This document shows positions 18,985 to 29,267 of a DNA stretch of 34,482 nt, piece after piece (the stretch's first letter is position 1; each line of letters starts with the position of its first letter). This DNA comes from an uncultured Ornithinicoccus sp. (lineage in GTDB: Bacteria; Actinomycetota; Actinomycetes; Actinomycetales; Dermatophilaceae). The stretch lies in the NCBI GenBank assembly GCA_964425155.1, contig CAYRLV010000001.1:1-34482 (forward strand). Reading direction: 5' to 3'. Under the pieces are notes generated by a model. The model was given only the letters and a program-made list of their open reading frames with translations, was not told the DNA's origin and made no database searches. Position numbers and translations under genes: made by a program.

Positions 18985-19028
18985 CCGGGCCGCTGACGAC
19001 CGTGATCCACCCGTCGTCAGCGGCCCGG
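18985..19028 (-). terminator. Perfect 16-bp inverted repeat after S8 protease gene
   Basis: CCGGGCCGCTGACGAC (18985-19000)/GTCGTCAGCGGCCCGG (19013-19028), 5 nt after stop. Confidence 0.7.
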
Positions 19029-19033
19029 GCCGG

Positions 19034-22000
19034 TCAGCCGGCGACGCGCCAGGCCCGGTCGATGCGTTGGACGAGCTGGTTGCCCGCCGAATCCGTGGCC
19101 ACGACACGGACCGACCCGAAGCCGGGACCGCTGGCGGCCGGCACGGTCGCGCGCACGTCCTCGCCGACCTGGTCGACCGGGGCGCTCGTCCACGTGTCCC
19201 CGTCGTCGTAGGAGACCTGCACCTCCACGGTGAAGCCTTCCGGACCGGTCGCCCCGGGCTGGTAACCCGGCGTGATCACCAACGGATACGTCGTGCCCGA
19301 CGGCACCTCGTTGTAGCCGTTCGTGTCCAGCGAGTAGTCCAGCTGGACGAGGGGAAGCACGGCACGCGCCCGGTCGGATCGAGCGGAGTGGAACCGCCAG
19401 GTCGACACGGTGTGCGTGGACGTGTCGGCGAAGTTGCCCTCGCCATTGGTCACCTCGAGCGACAGCTCGTACTCCGCCCGCTCGGCGGGCACCGAGAACT
19501 GCGCGACCGGCCACGCCGACTTGCCGACGACCTCGCCGTTGCGACTCAGGGTGAGCTCGGAGCTGTCACCGAGCTGGGTCTGGATGAAGCCGTAGCGCGT
19601 CCCGCCGTAGGAGTAGTGCGGAACCATGATGCGGATGGCGTCGTGGAACCTGGCCACCGGTGCACCGACCTCCTCCAGACCGGTGACGGGCGGTACCGCG
19701 GGATGCACCAACGGTCCCCACCACAGCTGGTGGTAGGTGCGCCCGGCCGTGTACGCGCGGTCGGCGGACCAGGTCCAGTACATGTTTCTGAAGTTGGCAG
19801 GCTGGGCGAATCGCTGCCAGGTCACCCCTGCGGTCGACACGTACTCCGTGCGCACGACCGGTCCGTTGCGGCCGATGCTCATGAGGTTGCCGAAGCCGGT
19901 CGGTCCGACGTGCGGGATCCATCCCTCGCGGTTCGCCATCCGGTCGGAGTTCTGCCGGTAGTCGGAGACCACGGTGGCCAGCGACCCGCTGCGCGCGTGG
20001 TAGGTCGGGTGCCGGGGGATCCGCGACTCGGGGAAGTCGAGCTCGTAGGAGTACGTCGAGTCCTGCACGCCGGTGAGGTGGAGCGTGAGGGCCGGATTCT
20101 CCTGCAGTGCCTGCCGCAGCCGCGCCCCCGCAGCCTTGGTCAGCCGGTACGTCGGAAGGCCCTGGTCCCACACCGTCGACCCCCAGACGTCGTCCTCGGT
20201 GTGGTTCTGCACCAGCAGGACGGCGACGCGGGCCTCCTTCGCTGCCTGCACCTGCGACCAGAGGCCCTCGTCGGACCGGGTGACGAGGGCGATCTTGCCG
20301 ACCGCATCCACCGTCTCGTAGTCGGCGGCGGTGCCGGCCCCGGCGTACACGACCGGCAGGGCCCGGTCGCCGACGAACGGGTCGTCCAAGGAGGCGAACT
20401 GCGGGTTCGGCGTGACGCGGAAGCCCTCCGGGCCGGACACGCGCGCGGTGAGCATCGGTTGCGCGAGCTGCCACTGGGTGGCGACGTCGAACCGACCCTG
20501 GTGCGCCTTCTGGCTGGGGAGGGTGAACAGCCGCTGCCCGAACCGCCCGTGGGCCGCCGTGACTGCCAGCGACCGGCGACCGACCTGGCGCGCCCACATG
20601 ACCCGCACCGAGTCCAGGTCCGCCTCCCGTGGGGTCGTCACCGTCATCGGTTTCGCGTCGCGTGCGTCGTAGCTCAAGGTCACGTCGCCGGTCACCTTGA
20701 GGTTCGGGTCACCCGCGATGGTCTGGGTCGGTGAGGAGAACGGGCTCGTGCTGATCGTGGTCATCACGGTGTAGAGGCCGTCTGCGACGGTTGCGGTGGC
20801 GGTGCCGTCGCGCAGCCAGACCCGTTGGTAATCACCGGTGTCGGCGCTCCAGACGTCGACGGGACCCTGGGCGGGATTGCCCTGACGGTCCACCGCGTGC
20901 ACCGTCAGGGTGCGCTCGGGGCCGTCGACCACGAAGGAGATGGGGGTGTGGACCGCGACGTGGGAGCGACCGACGACGTCCGCCACGACCTGTCCCGCGT
21001 AGCCACCGGAATCGGTGCGCCCGGGCTGCAGCACGACGTCCACGCTCGCGGTGCCTCCCGCAGGGATCTGCAGGTGCTTGGTGCTGAGCCTGATCCGTGG
21101 CCGCTCATGGGGGTCGACTCCGGTGCCGGCCACGTCCGGCGACAGCCGAAGCCTCTGGTCGGAGTCCGTGAGGTTGCGGTAGGTGAGCGTGCGCGTCACC
21201 GGACTGGCGTCATACGGCACGTGGCCCAGGGACAGGGCTGCGGCGTCGACGGTGACCGGGCTCTGCACCGCGGCCGCCACGTCGACGCGGCCACCACCTT
21301 GGAAGGTGACCGGCTCCTCGACCAGCGCCTTGCTCGTCGCCACCAGGTGCGCCTTGAGCCGGGCGGCGCTCCAGCCCGGGTGCTTCTGGGCGAGGATGGC
21401 CGCCGAACCGGCCACGTGGGGCGTGGCCATCGACGTGCCGCTCAGGGACGTGTAGTACCGGCCCCGGAGGTTGCCCAGCGACGTCCCGGCAGCACGGGCG
21501 GCGACGATGTCCACCCCGGGAGCGACGATCTCGGGCTTGATGGCCATGTCGCCCACCCGGGGTCCACGCGAGGAGAAGTCCGCGGCCCGGTCGTTCCGGT
21601 CGACCGCGCCCACCGTCAGTGCCAGGTCGGCGGAGCCCGGGGCGGTGACCGTCCCCTCGGCAGGCCCGGCGTTGCCGGCCGCCACCACGAACAGCGCTCC
21701 CGTGCTGGTCGTCAACTGGTTGACGGCCTGGCTCAGCGGGTCGGTCCCGTCGGTGGGGTAGGGGGTGCCCAGGCTCATGTTGATGACGTCGGCGTCCGCG
21801 TTGGCGGCCCACTGCATCCCGGCGATGATCTGGCCGATCGGGCCCTCGCCGGCGCCGTTCAGCACCTTGCCGATCCAGAGGTCGGCGCCGGGCGCCACCC
21901 CCTCGTGGGCGCCGCCATCGGAGACCGACGAACCGGCCGCGATCGAGGCGACGTGCGTCCCGTGGCCGTTGCGGTCCACGGCCGTCTCACCGGGCGGGTC

Positions 22001-22867
22001 CGGCTCACCGGTGAAGTCCTTGGCCTTGGTCACGCGGCCGGCCAGGTCCGGGTGCGTCGGGTCGTATCCGCTGTCGAGCACGGCGATGTCGACGCCGTTG
22101 CCGTCGTATCCGGCCGCCCAGGCCTCGGGTGCTCGGATCTGCTCGATGTTGGGCGCGGCGGTCGCCTGCACCATCGCGTTCAGCCACACCTTGCCGGCAC
22201 CGGCCAACTGGGCGTGGTCGGCGTCGACCGGTGCTGCGTGGCTGCCGCGCAGCCGCGTCCACACCGACCTCATGCGCTGCTTCGGTGCCGTGACCGACAC
22301 CGTGGCGATGCTGTGCAGTTCCCGCACCTTGCGCGTGCCCGTCGGTGCAGCCGGCGCCGTCTGGGCTCGCGGTCCGCCCTTCGACTGGAGCAGGAGCGGT
22401 AGGTCGTGGCTCGACTCGTCGTCGAAACCCTGCTGCGCCAGCAGCGTCAGGTTGAACAGGTGGGGGTCCAAGGCACCGGAGGCGACGTAGGGGGCCGCCT
22501 CGGCCGGCACGATGTGCACCTGCCCGTCCTGCTCGTAGATCTGTGGGGCTCGTGTGCTGCCGCGTGGCCCGGCGGGGTCTTGCACCCACGCCGATTGCTG
22601 CCCGGTGGCGTCGGTGTGCAGGACGACGACATCGCCGGTGAGCAGGGTGATCTGGTGTGTCTCGCCGCCTCCGTGGCCGGGCGAGGCGTGGTGACCGGCT
22701 CCGCCGCCGGGCACGGAGGGAGGAGCGGACGGCGGACCGGAAGCGGGGCCCGCCCATGACGCCATCGGGGCTCCCAGCGTGGCCACCAGGAAGACGGCCA
22801 GCAGTGCTCGCCGGAGCCGACCCCGGCGGATCCAGCTGGTGAGCCTGCAGATGTGCGTCGTGCGCAT
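19034..22867 (-). CDS. Secreted S8 (subtilase) serine protease with PA-like domain, 1277 aa
   Basis: Signal peptide; triad VLDSG / HGTHVA / GTSMATPHV; oxyanion AAGN; PA-like VGKIALVTR segment. Confidence 0.93.
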   Translation of the reverse strand: MRTTHICRLTSWIRRGRLRRALLAVFLVATLGAPMASWAGPASGPPSAPPSVPGGGAGHHASPGHGGGETHQITLLTGDVVVLHTDATGQQSAWVQDPAGPRGSTRAPQIYEQDGQVHIVPAEAAPYVASGALDPHLFNLTLLAQQGFDDESSHDLPLLLQSKGGPRAQTAPAAPTGTRKVRELHSIATVSVTAPKQRMRSVWTRLRGSHAAPVDADHAQLAGAGKVWLNAMVQATAAPNIEQIRAPEAWAAGYDGNGVDIAVLDSGYDPTHPDLAGRVTKAKDFTGEPDPPGETAVDRNGHGTHVASIAAGSSVSDGGAHEGVAPGADLWIGKVLNGAGEGPIGQIIAGMQWAANADADVINMSLGTPYPTDGTDPLSQAVNQLTTSTGALFVVAAGNAGPAEGTVTAPGSADLALTVGAVDRNDRAADFSSRGPRVGDMAIKPEIVAPGVDIVAARAAGTSLGNLRGRYYTSLSGTSMATPHVAGSAAILAQKHPGWSAARLKAHLVATSKALVEEPVTFQGGGRVDVAAAVQSPVTVDAAALSLGHVPYDASPVTRTLTYRNLTDSDQRLRLSPDVAGTGVDPHERPRIRLSTKHLQIPAGGTASVDVVLQPGRTDSGGYAGQVVADVVGRSHVAVHTPISFVVDGPERTLTVHAVDRQGNPAQGPVDVWSADTGDYQRVWLRDGTATATVADGLYTVMTTISTSPFSSPTQTIAGDPNLKVTGDVTLSYDARDAKPMTVTTPREADLDSVRVMWARQVGRRSLAVTAAHGRFGQRLFTLPSQKAHQGRFDVATQWQLAQPMLTARVSGPEGFRVTPNPQFASLDDPFVGDRALPVVYAGAGTAADYETVDAVGKIALVTRSDEGLWSQVQAAKEARVAVLLVQNHTEDDVWGSTVWDQGLPTYRLTKAAGARLRQALQENPALTLHLTGVQDSTYSYELDFPESRIPRHPTYHARSGSLATVVSDYRQNSDRMANREGWIPHVGPTGFGNLMSIGRNGPVVRTEYVSTAGVTWQRFAQPANFRNMYWTWSADRAYTAGRTYHQLWWGPLVHPAVPPVTGLEEVGAPVARFHDAIRIMVPHYSYGGTRYGFIQTQLGDSSELTLSRNGEVVGKSAWPVAQFSVPAERAEYELSLEVTNGEGNFADTSTHTVSTWRFHSARSDRARAVLPLVQLDYSLDTNGYNEVPSGTTYPLVITPGYQPGATGPEGFTVEVQVSYDDGDTWTSAPVDQVGEDVRATVPAASGPGFGSVRVVATDSAGNQLVQRIDRAWRVAG

Positions 22868-22948
22868 GATGTCTCGATCCCTTGGTGATGGCGCGGCGGA
22901 GGAGGTGCTACCCGAGCGAACTCAGCCTGCGGCCCCGTGACGAGGCGT

Positions 22949-22974
22949 TGCGAGTGGGTGGATCACCCAACTTT
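22949..22974 (-). promoter_or_regulatory. Palindromic operator copy 1 abutting -35 of S8 gene promoter
   Basis: TGCGAGTGGGT-GGATC-ACCCAACTTT; near-copy 230 bp away. Confidence 0.6.
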
Positions 22975-22986
22975 GGCGCCGTCCGG

Positions 22987-23148
22987 CTAGAGCGGCTCCC
23001 ACGGTCCCGGTGCCGGCTCTGGCTGCTCGTCCTCCGACGGGGGCGGGCTGTCCCGCTCCGGTGGGTCGGCCTTCCCCGGCTCTGCCGAGCCGGTTGACGG
23101 GCGGACTGGGGGGATGCCCCGCCCCCGAGGGCGTGGTTGGTGTGCCAT
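22987..23148 (-). CDS. Candidate 53-aa Pro-rich small protein
   Basis: ATG 23148 lies 6 nt after a GACCGT -10 of the duplicated promoter; no recognisable homology. Confidence 0.35.
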   Translation of the reverse strand: MAHQPRPRGRGIPPVRPSTGSAEPGKADPPERDSPPPSEDEQPEPAPGPWEPL

Positions 23149-23178
23149 GCACTCACGGTCACCGGATCCGGCAGTCGG

Positions 23179-23203
23179 TGCGAGTGGGTAAGTCACTCAC
23201 TTT
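23179..23203 (-). promoter_or_regulatory. Palindromic operator copy 2 overlapping LAL stop codon
   Basis: TGCGAGTGGGT-AAGTC-ACTCACTTT. Confidence 0.6.
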
Positions 23204-26105
23204 GCTGGGTCGACAGGCCGTCGGCGACGGCCACCGCCAAGGCGGTCCGCGACGCCACCCCCATCTTGCGCATGGCTGCACCCAGGTGGCGGTCGACGGT
23301 GCGCGGCGACAGGTAGAGCTCCTCGGCCACCTGCCGGTTGGTCAGACCGCGGGTGACGAGGCGCGCCACCTCGAGCTCACGCGGCGACAGCTGCTTGCCG
23401 TAGCCGCGCCGCCCGCCGCGCCAGACCCGGGCGACCTCGACACCCTGCCCCCGGAGGACCTGGGCGACCCGGTCCGCGTCCCAGCGTGCGCCCATCTCGC
23501 GCAGTCGGCTCTGCACCGATGCCAGGCGCTCCAACCCCGCACTCCTGGCACCGGCGGCCAACTCGGCATGGGCCGCGCGCTCCAGGGCGAGCAGCTCGTC
23601 GTAGGGCCGGGGGAGGGCGGCCCACTGCCGAGCGGCACCGACGAAGTGCTCGGCCGCTTCGTGCACCTCGCCTGCGGCTGCGGCCAGGATGCCGCGTCCG
23701 AGCGTCAGTGCGGCGGCGGGAGCGGGCGCCTCACGGGCCGAGGTGAGGCCGGCCTCGAGCTGGCGCACCAGCTCCTGGGCGTCACGGACCCGATCGGCTC
23801 GGACCAGTGCGTCCAGTCGGACCACCACGACGGCGCTCGCCCACAGCCACATGCCCTTCAGGACCACGGTGTCCAGGGCCGGCGCGGTCGCAGCGAGGGC
23901 TGCCTCGACCTCACCGTCGGCGAGCTGGAGCCGGCCCAACGCGGCAGCCGGCGAGAGCTGGCCGTCGGCCACGCCGCGGCGTACCGTCTCGTCGAGCACG
24001 CCCCGGAGCTCGCGCTGCGCGACGTGCCGGTCACCCGTCGTCAGCTCCAGCATGGCCATCGTGCAGCGACCCTCGAGTCGGGCTTCGGGGAGCGTCTCCT
24101 CGGCCTCGGCCAGGTGGCCGATGCGCTCGGCGAGCCCGTCCCATCTGCCGCCGAGCCAGTCGAGGTAGCAGCTGGTCAGCCGGGCCGAGTTCAACAGCCG
24201 GCGGTAGCCGGTGGCCTCCATCAGCGCGGCTGCCTCGTCGAGTCGCTCGCGTGCCTCGGCGTCCCGCCCCCAGGCGATGCCGACGTGCCCGGTGTTCATC
24301 AGCAACCGCGCGACCTGTCGCTGCTCGAACAGCGTGCCGTCCCGGGCCCGCAAGCTGTGGGCGGTGTCCCAGCTCTCCTGCCGGCCCAGCATGAGCAGCG
24401 CGCTGGCGCGGTCGACCTCCAGCCACAGTCGCTCCGACGGGTCGGTGACCTGCCCGATGATCCGTGCAGCACGCTCGAGCCACTCGAGGTGCCGCTCCGC
24501 GGACCAGACATGGCCGCGTGGCCACGCCAGCGAGATCATCGCCTTGGTCGCCATCTCGGGCTTGCCGCCGAGTCCGGCGAGGGCGCGCTCGATCTGCTCC
24601 GCAGCGGCGTCGAACTCCCCGAGCTGGAGCAGCAGGCGCCCCAGGAGCAGCCGCGTCTCGGCCGCGCCCTCCGTCTCGCGTGGCTCGTCCTCGAGCGCGG
24701 CGCGCAGCGTGGCGGTCACCCGGCCCCCGAGCTCGCCGAGCCCGGCGACGCCCCAGGCCGCGGCGTCCGCGAGCTTGTGCGTGAGTCTCGCACGTCGTTC
24801 GCCGGGACCGGATGACTCCTCCACCAGCTCGAGGAGGAGCACGACGGCGGCCCGGTCGTCCCCGGACTCCAGGGCCAGGTCGGCAGCGGCCTCGGCGGAG
24901 CGGCTCCACCCGACCGTGTCACCTGCCTCGCGGAAGTGCCGCACGAGCCGTGCCACCGGTGGGGTGGCGCCGTCCTGCAGCGCTGCGGCGGCGCGTTGGT
25001 GCAGGCGGCGACGTTCCGACACCGGCATCGCCTCCTCCACCGCCATCGACGCGAGGACGTGGCGGAACAGGAATCTGCCGGGCCGGGACTCGTGCAGCAG
25101 GCCCGCGTCGAGTGCTCGGGCGAGACCGGCACGGATCTCGTCGTCGTCCAGCTCGGCGACGTCGGCGAGCACCGCCTCGCTGGCCGGGTCGGCCAGGACG
25201 GCGGCGGCTTCCAGCGTGCGCCTGGTCACCGGGTCGAGCCGCTCGACCCGCTCGATCACCGAATCGCGCACCGTCGGTGGGACGTCCAGGTCCGCGATCG
25301 CTCGGCGCGCCCACTCGCCGTCGCGCCACATGATGTCGCCCCGGTCCTGCAGCAGGGCGAGGCTCTCCTGCAGGGCGAGGGGGACGCCGTCGGTGCGTTC
25401 CTGCAGATAGCTCATGAAGCTCGGCGAGACGTCCTGGGTGTCGAACATCGACAGCACCATCCGACGGGACGTGTCGAGGTCCAGCGGCTCCAGCGCGACC
25501 CGGAGGCTCGGAGTCTGCGGTGAGGCGCGTGCGGACAGGCGCAGGAGCGGGGAACCGGTCGGCACGTCCGACGGACGGTAGGTGATGAGGATGCGCCGGC
25601 CGCTGTCACGGCTGGCCGTGAGCATCACCAGCAGCTCCAGGGTCGAGGAGTCGGCCCAGTGGGCATCCTCGACGACCAGGATCTCGATACCGAGCGCCTC
25701 GATGAGTTCCGCAATGGCCCGAAAGAGCCGGTGCCGCACGGCTTTCGGGTCATCCAGCGGTTCGGGCGCCGGTGGCAACAGGTCTGCCCATTCCGGCAGC
25801 AGCGGCCGCAAGGCCCCCACCAGAGGGCTCGCCCGGAGACTGGTCAGCGGCTGGGTGTGCAGGGCGTCGACCACCGGCCCGAGGGGAAAGGGTTCGGTCA
25901 GCGGCGGGCACTCCACGCGCATGACCCGCCGACTCCGCAGGGCGGGCGCGCGGAGACACTCGTTCACCAGACTCGTCTTGCCGATGCCGGCGTCACCCTC
26001 GACCAGCACGAGCGCGGAGTCGTGCTCGAGCGCTTGCACGGTCGCGGCAAGCTCGCGTTCGCGTCCGACGAAGACACGCGCGTGCCTCCGGTGCGCGGCA
26101 TCCAC
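23193..26105 (-). CDS. Large ATP-binding LuxR-family (LAL/STAND) transcriptional regulator
   Basis: FVGREREL, Walker A GDAGIGKT, Walker B VEDAHWAD, helical repeats, C-terminal [32 protein letters not shown] LuxR HTH; start uncertain (GTG 26105 after GGAGG). Confidence 0.92.
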   Translation of the reverse strand: MDAAHRRHARVFVGRERELAATVQALEHDSALVLVEGDAGIGKTSLVNECLRAPALRSRRVMRVECPPLTEPFPLGPVVDALHTQPLTSLRASPLVGALRPLLPEWADLLPPAPEPLDDPKAVRHRLFRAIAELIEALGIEILVVEDAHWADSSTLELLVMLTASRDSGRRILITYRPSDVPTGSPLLRLSARASPQTPSLRVALEPLDLDTSRRMVLSMFDTQDVSPSFMSYLQERTDGVPLALQESLALLQDRGDIMWRDGEWARRAIADLDVPPTVRDSVIERVERLDPVTRRTLEAAAVLADPASEAVLADVAELDDDEIRAGLARALDAGLLHESRPGRFLFRHVLASMAVEEAMPVSERRRLHQRAAAALQDGATPPVARLVRHFREAGDTVGWSRSAEAAADLALESGDDRAAVVLLLELVEESSGPGERRARLTHKLADAAAWGVAGLGELGGRVTATLRAALEDEPRETEGAAETRLLLGRLLLQLGEFDAAAEQIERALAGLGGKPEMATKAMISLAWPRGHVWSAERHLEWLERAARIIGQVTDPSERLWLEVDRASALLMLGRQESWDTAHSLRARDGTLFEQRQVARLLMNTGHVGIAWGRDAEARERLDEAAALMEATGYRRLLNSARLTSCYLDWLGGRWDGLAERIGHLAEAEETLPEARLEGRCTMAMLELTTGDRHVAQRELRGVLDETVRRGVADGQLSPAAALGRLQLADGEVEAALAATAPALDTVVLKGMWLWASAVVVVRLDALVRADRVRDAQELVRQLEAGLTSAREAPAPAAALTLGRGILAAAAGEVHEAAEHFVGAARQWAALPRPYDELLALERAAHAELAAGARSAGLERLASVQSRLREMGARWDADRVAQVLRGQGVEVARVWRGGRRGYGKQLSPRELEVARLVTRGLTNRQVAEELYLSPRTVDRHLGAAMRKMGVASRTALAVAVADGLSTQQSE

Positions 26106-26226
26106 GGGACACGTCACCTCCGGCTGCGGACAGGCGGGCACGGGTACGCCGTAACTTACCGCGCTCCACACCGACCGGCGCGCAACAATTTTCCCGCGAC
26201 CGGCTGCGGCCGAGGCCCGCGAGCAC

Positions 26227-26739
26227 TCAGCGACTGATGGCCGCCACGTGGGCCTCGGTGACGCGTTGCAGGTCCTCCGGACTCAGCTCGAGGTCGAGCC
26301 CGCGGCGCCCGCCCGAGACCAGGATCGTCGGGTGGGACCGAGCCGAGGCGTCCAGCACGGTGGGAAGGGAGCGTTTCTGCCCGACGGGGCTGATCCCGCC
26401 GACCACGTAGCCGGTGCTGCGCTCGGCCTCCCGGGGGTCGGCCATGACGGCGCGCTTGGCACCGAGCGCGGCAGCCATCGCCTTGAGGTCGAGGCTGCGG
26501 TCGACGGGGACGATGCCGACGGCGAGGCGATGACTTCCCTGCCCCGTGTCGACCAGCAGGGTCTTGAACACCCGCGCGGCCTCGACCCCCAGGGCTCCCG
26601 CCGCCTCCAGGCCGAAGGACTCCGCTCTCGAGCGGGCCGGGTCGTGCTCGTAGGTGCGCACCTCGAAGCGCACGCCGGCCGCCTCCAGGGCCGTGGTCGC
26701 CGGTGTGCCCGTGCTGGTGCGACGGTGCCGGCGGGCCAT
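26227..26739 (-). CDS. ybaK: Cys-tRNA(Pro) deacylase YbaK/EbsC
   Basis: [43 protein letters not shown]; TATCCT -10 7 nt upstream. Confidence 0.94.
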   Translation of the reverse strand: MARRHRRTSTGTPATTALEAAGVRFEVRTYEHDPARSRAESFGLEAAGALGVEAARVFKTLLVDTGQGSHRLAVGIVPVDRSLDLKAMAAALGAKRAVMADPREAERSTGYVVGGISPVGQKRSLPTVLDASARSHPTILVSGGRRGLDLELSPEDLQRVTEAHVAAISR

Positions 26740-26866
26740 GCCGCACAGGATACGACCGGTCCGGACCGACGCCACGCCGCCGCCCGACGTGCGCCACACC
26801 CCGTCGTGGGTCCGCGCGGACGGTACCTTGGGACCCGGTGGGCGGGTCTCGAGCGAAGGAGTGCCG

Positions 26867-28111
26867 ATGAGGATCAGGCGTGCGCCGATCGGCGCCCTGG
26901 CCGTCGCGGCGCTGCTGCTCGCCGGCTGCTCGTCCGGTCCCGGCACGACCGATGCGGCGCCGACGTCCGCGTCGCCACCCGCCGGGTCGGCGCGCCCGAC
27001 GGACGCGGTGGCCTCACCAGCGGTCACGTCCCCGACACCCACGCCGACACCGACCGCCCCGCCGGCCCAGGTCGCCGTCCGCCCGGGCGCGAGCGCGAAG
27101 ATCAGCCCGGTGACCCCGATCCGGGTGACCAGTCGCGGGGGCCGGCTCCAGTCGGTCCGGGTCACCGACAAGGACGGGCACGTCGTCAACGGCCGGTTCA
27201 GTGACGGCCGGCACCGGTGGACCTCGCGGGGGGACCTCGACTACGGCACCCGCTATCGGGTCCGGGCCGTCGGGGTGAACGCCGACGGCCGCGCCACCCG
27301 CAGCACGACGCGGGTGACGACCGTGACGCCGGCCCACACCGCATACGCGCAGGTGGTGCCGGCACCCGAGATCGTCGGCGACCAGGTCGGCATCGGTCTG
27401 CCCCTCGGCGTGCAGTTCACCAAGCCGGTGAAGGACCGCAAGGCGGCGCTGGAGGCGTTGCACGTCACGACGAAGCCGGCCCAGCCGGGCGCGTGGCGCT
27501 GGATCGACGACCAACACGTCCACTACCGGCCGAAGCACTTCTGGAAGCCGGGCACGACCATCCACCTGTCCGCCGACGTCTTCGGCAAGGACCTGGGGGG
27601 CGGCGTCTACGGCGCCGCGGACAACTCGGCCACCTGGCACGTGCACGACGCCTGGGTGGCCAAGGCCAACGGCGCCACCAAGTCGATGACGGTCTACCAC
27701 TCCGGCCGCAAGATCCGCACCCTGCCGATCTCGATGGGCAAGCCGGACATGCCCACCCACACCGGCATCCACGTGATCTCGTCCAAGCAGCAGGAGGTCA
27801 TCATGGACTCCTGCACCTTCGGGGTCTGCGACGGTCCCCAGGCCTACAAGCTCAAGGAGTACTGGGCGCTGCGCATCTCCAACAGCGGCGAGTACGTCCA
27901 CGAGAACCCGGCCTCGGTCGCCGAGCAGGGGGCGGTCAACGTGTCGCACGGCTGCATCAACTTGAGCCCCGACAACGCCCGCTGGTTCTACGCCCGGTTC
28001 GGCGTCGGCGATGTCGTCATGGTGAGGAACTCCGGCGGCGAACCGCTGCCCGTCTGGGACGTCTACGGCGACTGGTCGCTGTCGTGGGACCAGTACCGCA
28101 GCGGCGCCTGA
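26867..28111 (+). CDS. L,D-transpeptidase lipoprotein (Ig-like + YkuD domains)
   Basis: SD AAGGAG, lipobox LAGC, Pro/Thr linker, YVHENP...NVSHGCINLS catalytic motif. Confidence 0.94.
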   Translation: MRIRRAPIGALAVAALLLAGCSSGPGTTDAAPTSASPPAGSARPTDAVASPAVTSPTPTPTPTAPPAQVAVRPGASAKISPVTPIRVTSRGGRLQSVRVTDKDGHVVNGRFSDGRHRWTSRGDLDYGTRYRVRAVGVNADGRATRSTTRVTTVTPAHTAYAQVVPAPEIVGDQVGIGLPLGVQFTKPVKDRKAALEALHVTTKPAQPGAWRWIDDQHVHYRPKHFWKPGTTIHLSADVFGKDLGGGVYGAADNSATWHVHDAWVAKANGATKSMTVYHSGRKIRTLPISMGKPDMPTHTGIHVISSKQQEVIMDSCTFGVCDGPQAYKLKEYWALRISNSGEYVHENPASVAEQGAVNVSHGCINLSPDNARWFYARFGVGDVVMVRNSGGEPLPVWDVYGDWSLSWDQYRSGA

Positions 28112-28145
28112 GCGACCCGCAACCCCCCGGACACCCCGGTATGCC

Positions 28146-29267
28146 GTGTGGTTGGCTGGCGCGGTGCCCGTCGCCACCCGACTCCTCCCGCCGCTGATCG
28201 ACGCGGGGGTCGCCGGCGCTGCCCTCGTCTGCGCGGTCGACGGCCGGGTCGTGCACGAGGAACAGGCCGGCCACCTCGCGACGTGGCGGACCGCCGACCA
28301 GCCGTTGCCCGACCGCGACCGGGAGCCGGTCACGAGGTCGACACTGTTCGACCTGGCCTCGGTGACCAAGCTCTACACGGCGGCGGTCGTGCTGCGGCTC
28401 GTGGACGACGGGGCGATCGCCCTGGACGATCCGGCCGCGCGGTACCTGCCCGGGCTCGCCGCCGGCGACGCCGTGACCCTGCGCCAGCTGCTGACCCACA
28501 CCTCCGGGCTGCCGCCGGTGACGCCGTGGCAGACCTGGCCCGACGACGTCGACGCGTGTTGGGAACAGGTGCGGCGGACGCAGCGTGAGGCGCCGGTCGG
28601 GGTGCGTCACGCCTACTCGTGCGTCGGGTACCTGGTCACGACGCTCGTGCTGAGGGCGGTCACGGACACGGCGTTGCCGGAGCTGGTGGAGCGGTTCGTC
28701 ACCGGGCCGCTGGGCCTGACCGACACGATGTTCCACCCGGGACCGGGGGACCGGCCCCGGTGCGCCGCCACCGAGGACGCGTCGTCGATCGGACGGGGCA
28801 TGGTGCAGGGCGTCGTCCACGACGAGGCCAGCTGGAAGCTCGGGGGAGAGGGCGGCAACGCCGGCCTGTTCGCGACGGCCGACGACCTCCTGCGCTTCGG
28901 TGAGATGCTGCGCTGCGACGGGGAGGACCCGGCCACCGGGCGCCGCATCCTGTCGGCGCGGGCCGTGGGGGAGATGACCCGCCAGCAGCTGCCGGCCGGG
29001 ATGGACGCCGAGTTCGGCCAGGGTGTCGGGCTGCGGCTCGGCAACCTGCGCCTCGGAGGACGGGCGAGCCACGCCAGCGTCGGGCACGCCGGGTTCACCG
29101 GGACGGCGCTGGTCATCGACCGTGACCGGGCGCGCACCACCGTCCTGCTGACCAACGCGGTGCACCCGGCCAGGGACCGGCTGGACGTCGCCCCGTGGCG
29201 GGTCGACCTGATCGGGCGGTTGCCCGGCACCCGGGTGCCGGGTGGCACGGCGAGCGTCCGGGACTGA
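28146..29267 (+). CDS. Serine hydrolase, beta-lactamase class C/AmiE-like family
   Basis: FDLASVTK (SxxK), LLTHTSGL, YSC, VHDE, GNAGLF, GHAGFTGT; start uncertain. Confidence 0.88.
   Translation: MWLAGAVPVATRLLPPLIDAGVAGAALVCAVDGRVVHEEQAGHLATWRTADQPLPDRDREPVTRSTLFDLASVTKLYTAAVVLRLVDDGAIALDDPAARYLPGLAAGDAVTLRQLLTHTSGLPPVTPWQTWPDDVDACWEQVRRTQREAPVGVRHAYSCVGYLVTTLVLRAVTDTALPELVERFVTGPLGLTDTMFHPGPGDRPRCAATEDASSIGRGMVQGVVHDEASWKLGGEGGNAGLFATADDLLRFGEMLRCDGEDPATGRRILSARAVGEMTRQQLPAGMDAEFGQGVGLRLGNLRLGGRASHASVGHAGFTGTALVIDRDRARTTVLLTNAVHPARDRLDVAPWRVDLIGRLPGTRVPGGTASVRD

Noticed and set aside
18814-18990. T-box riboswitch upstream of trpS
   Set aside because: No stem I or T-box consensus; the leader-peptide attenuator explains the region
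26151-26175. Possible third LAL operator near the LAL start (GTAACTTACCGCGCTCCACACCGAC)
   Set aside because: Only partial similarity and no palindrome; better explained as a TAAGTT -10
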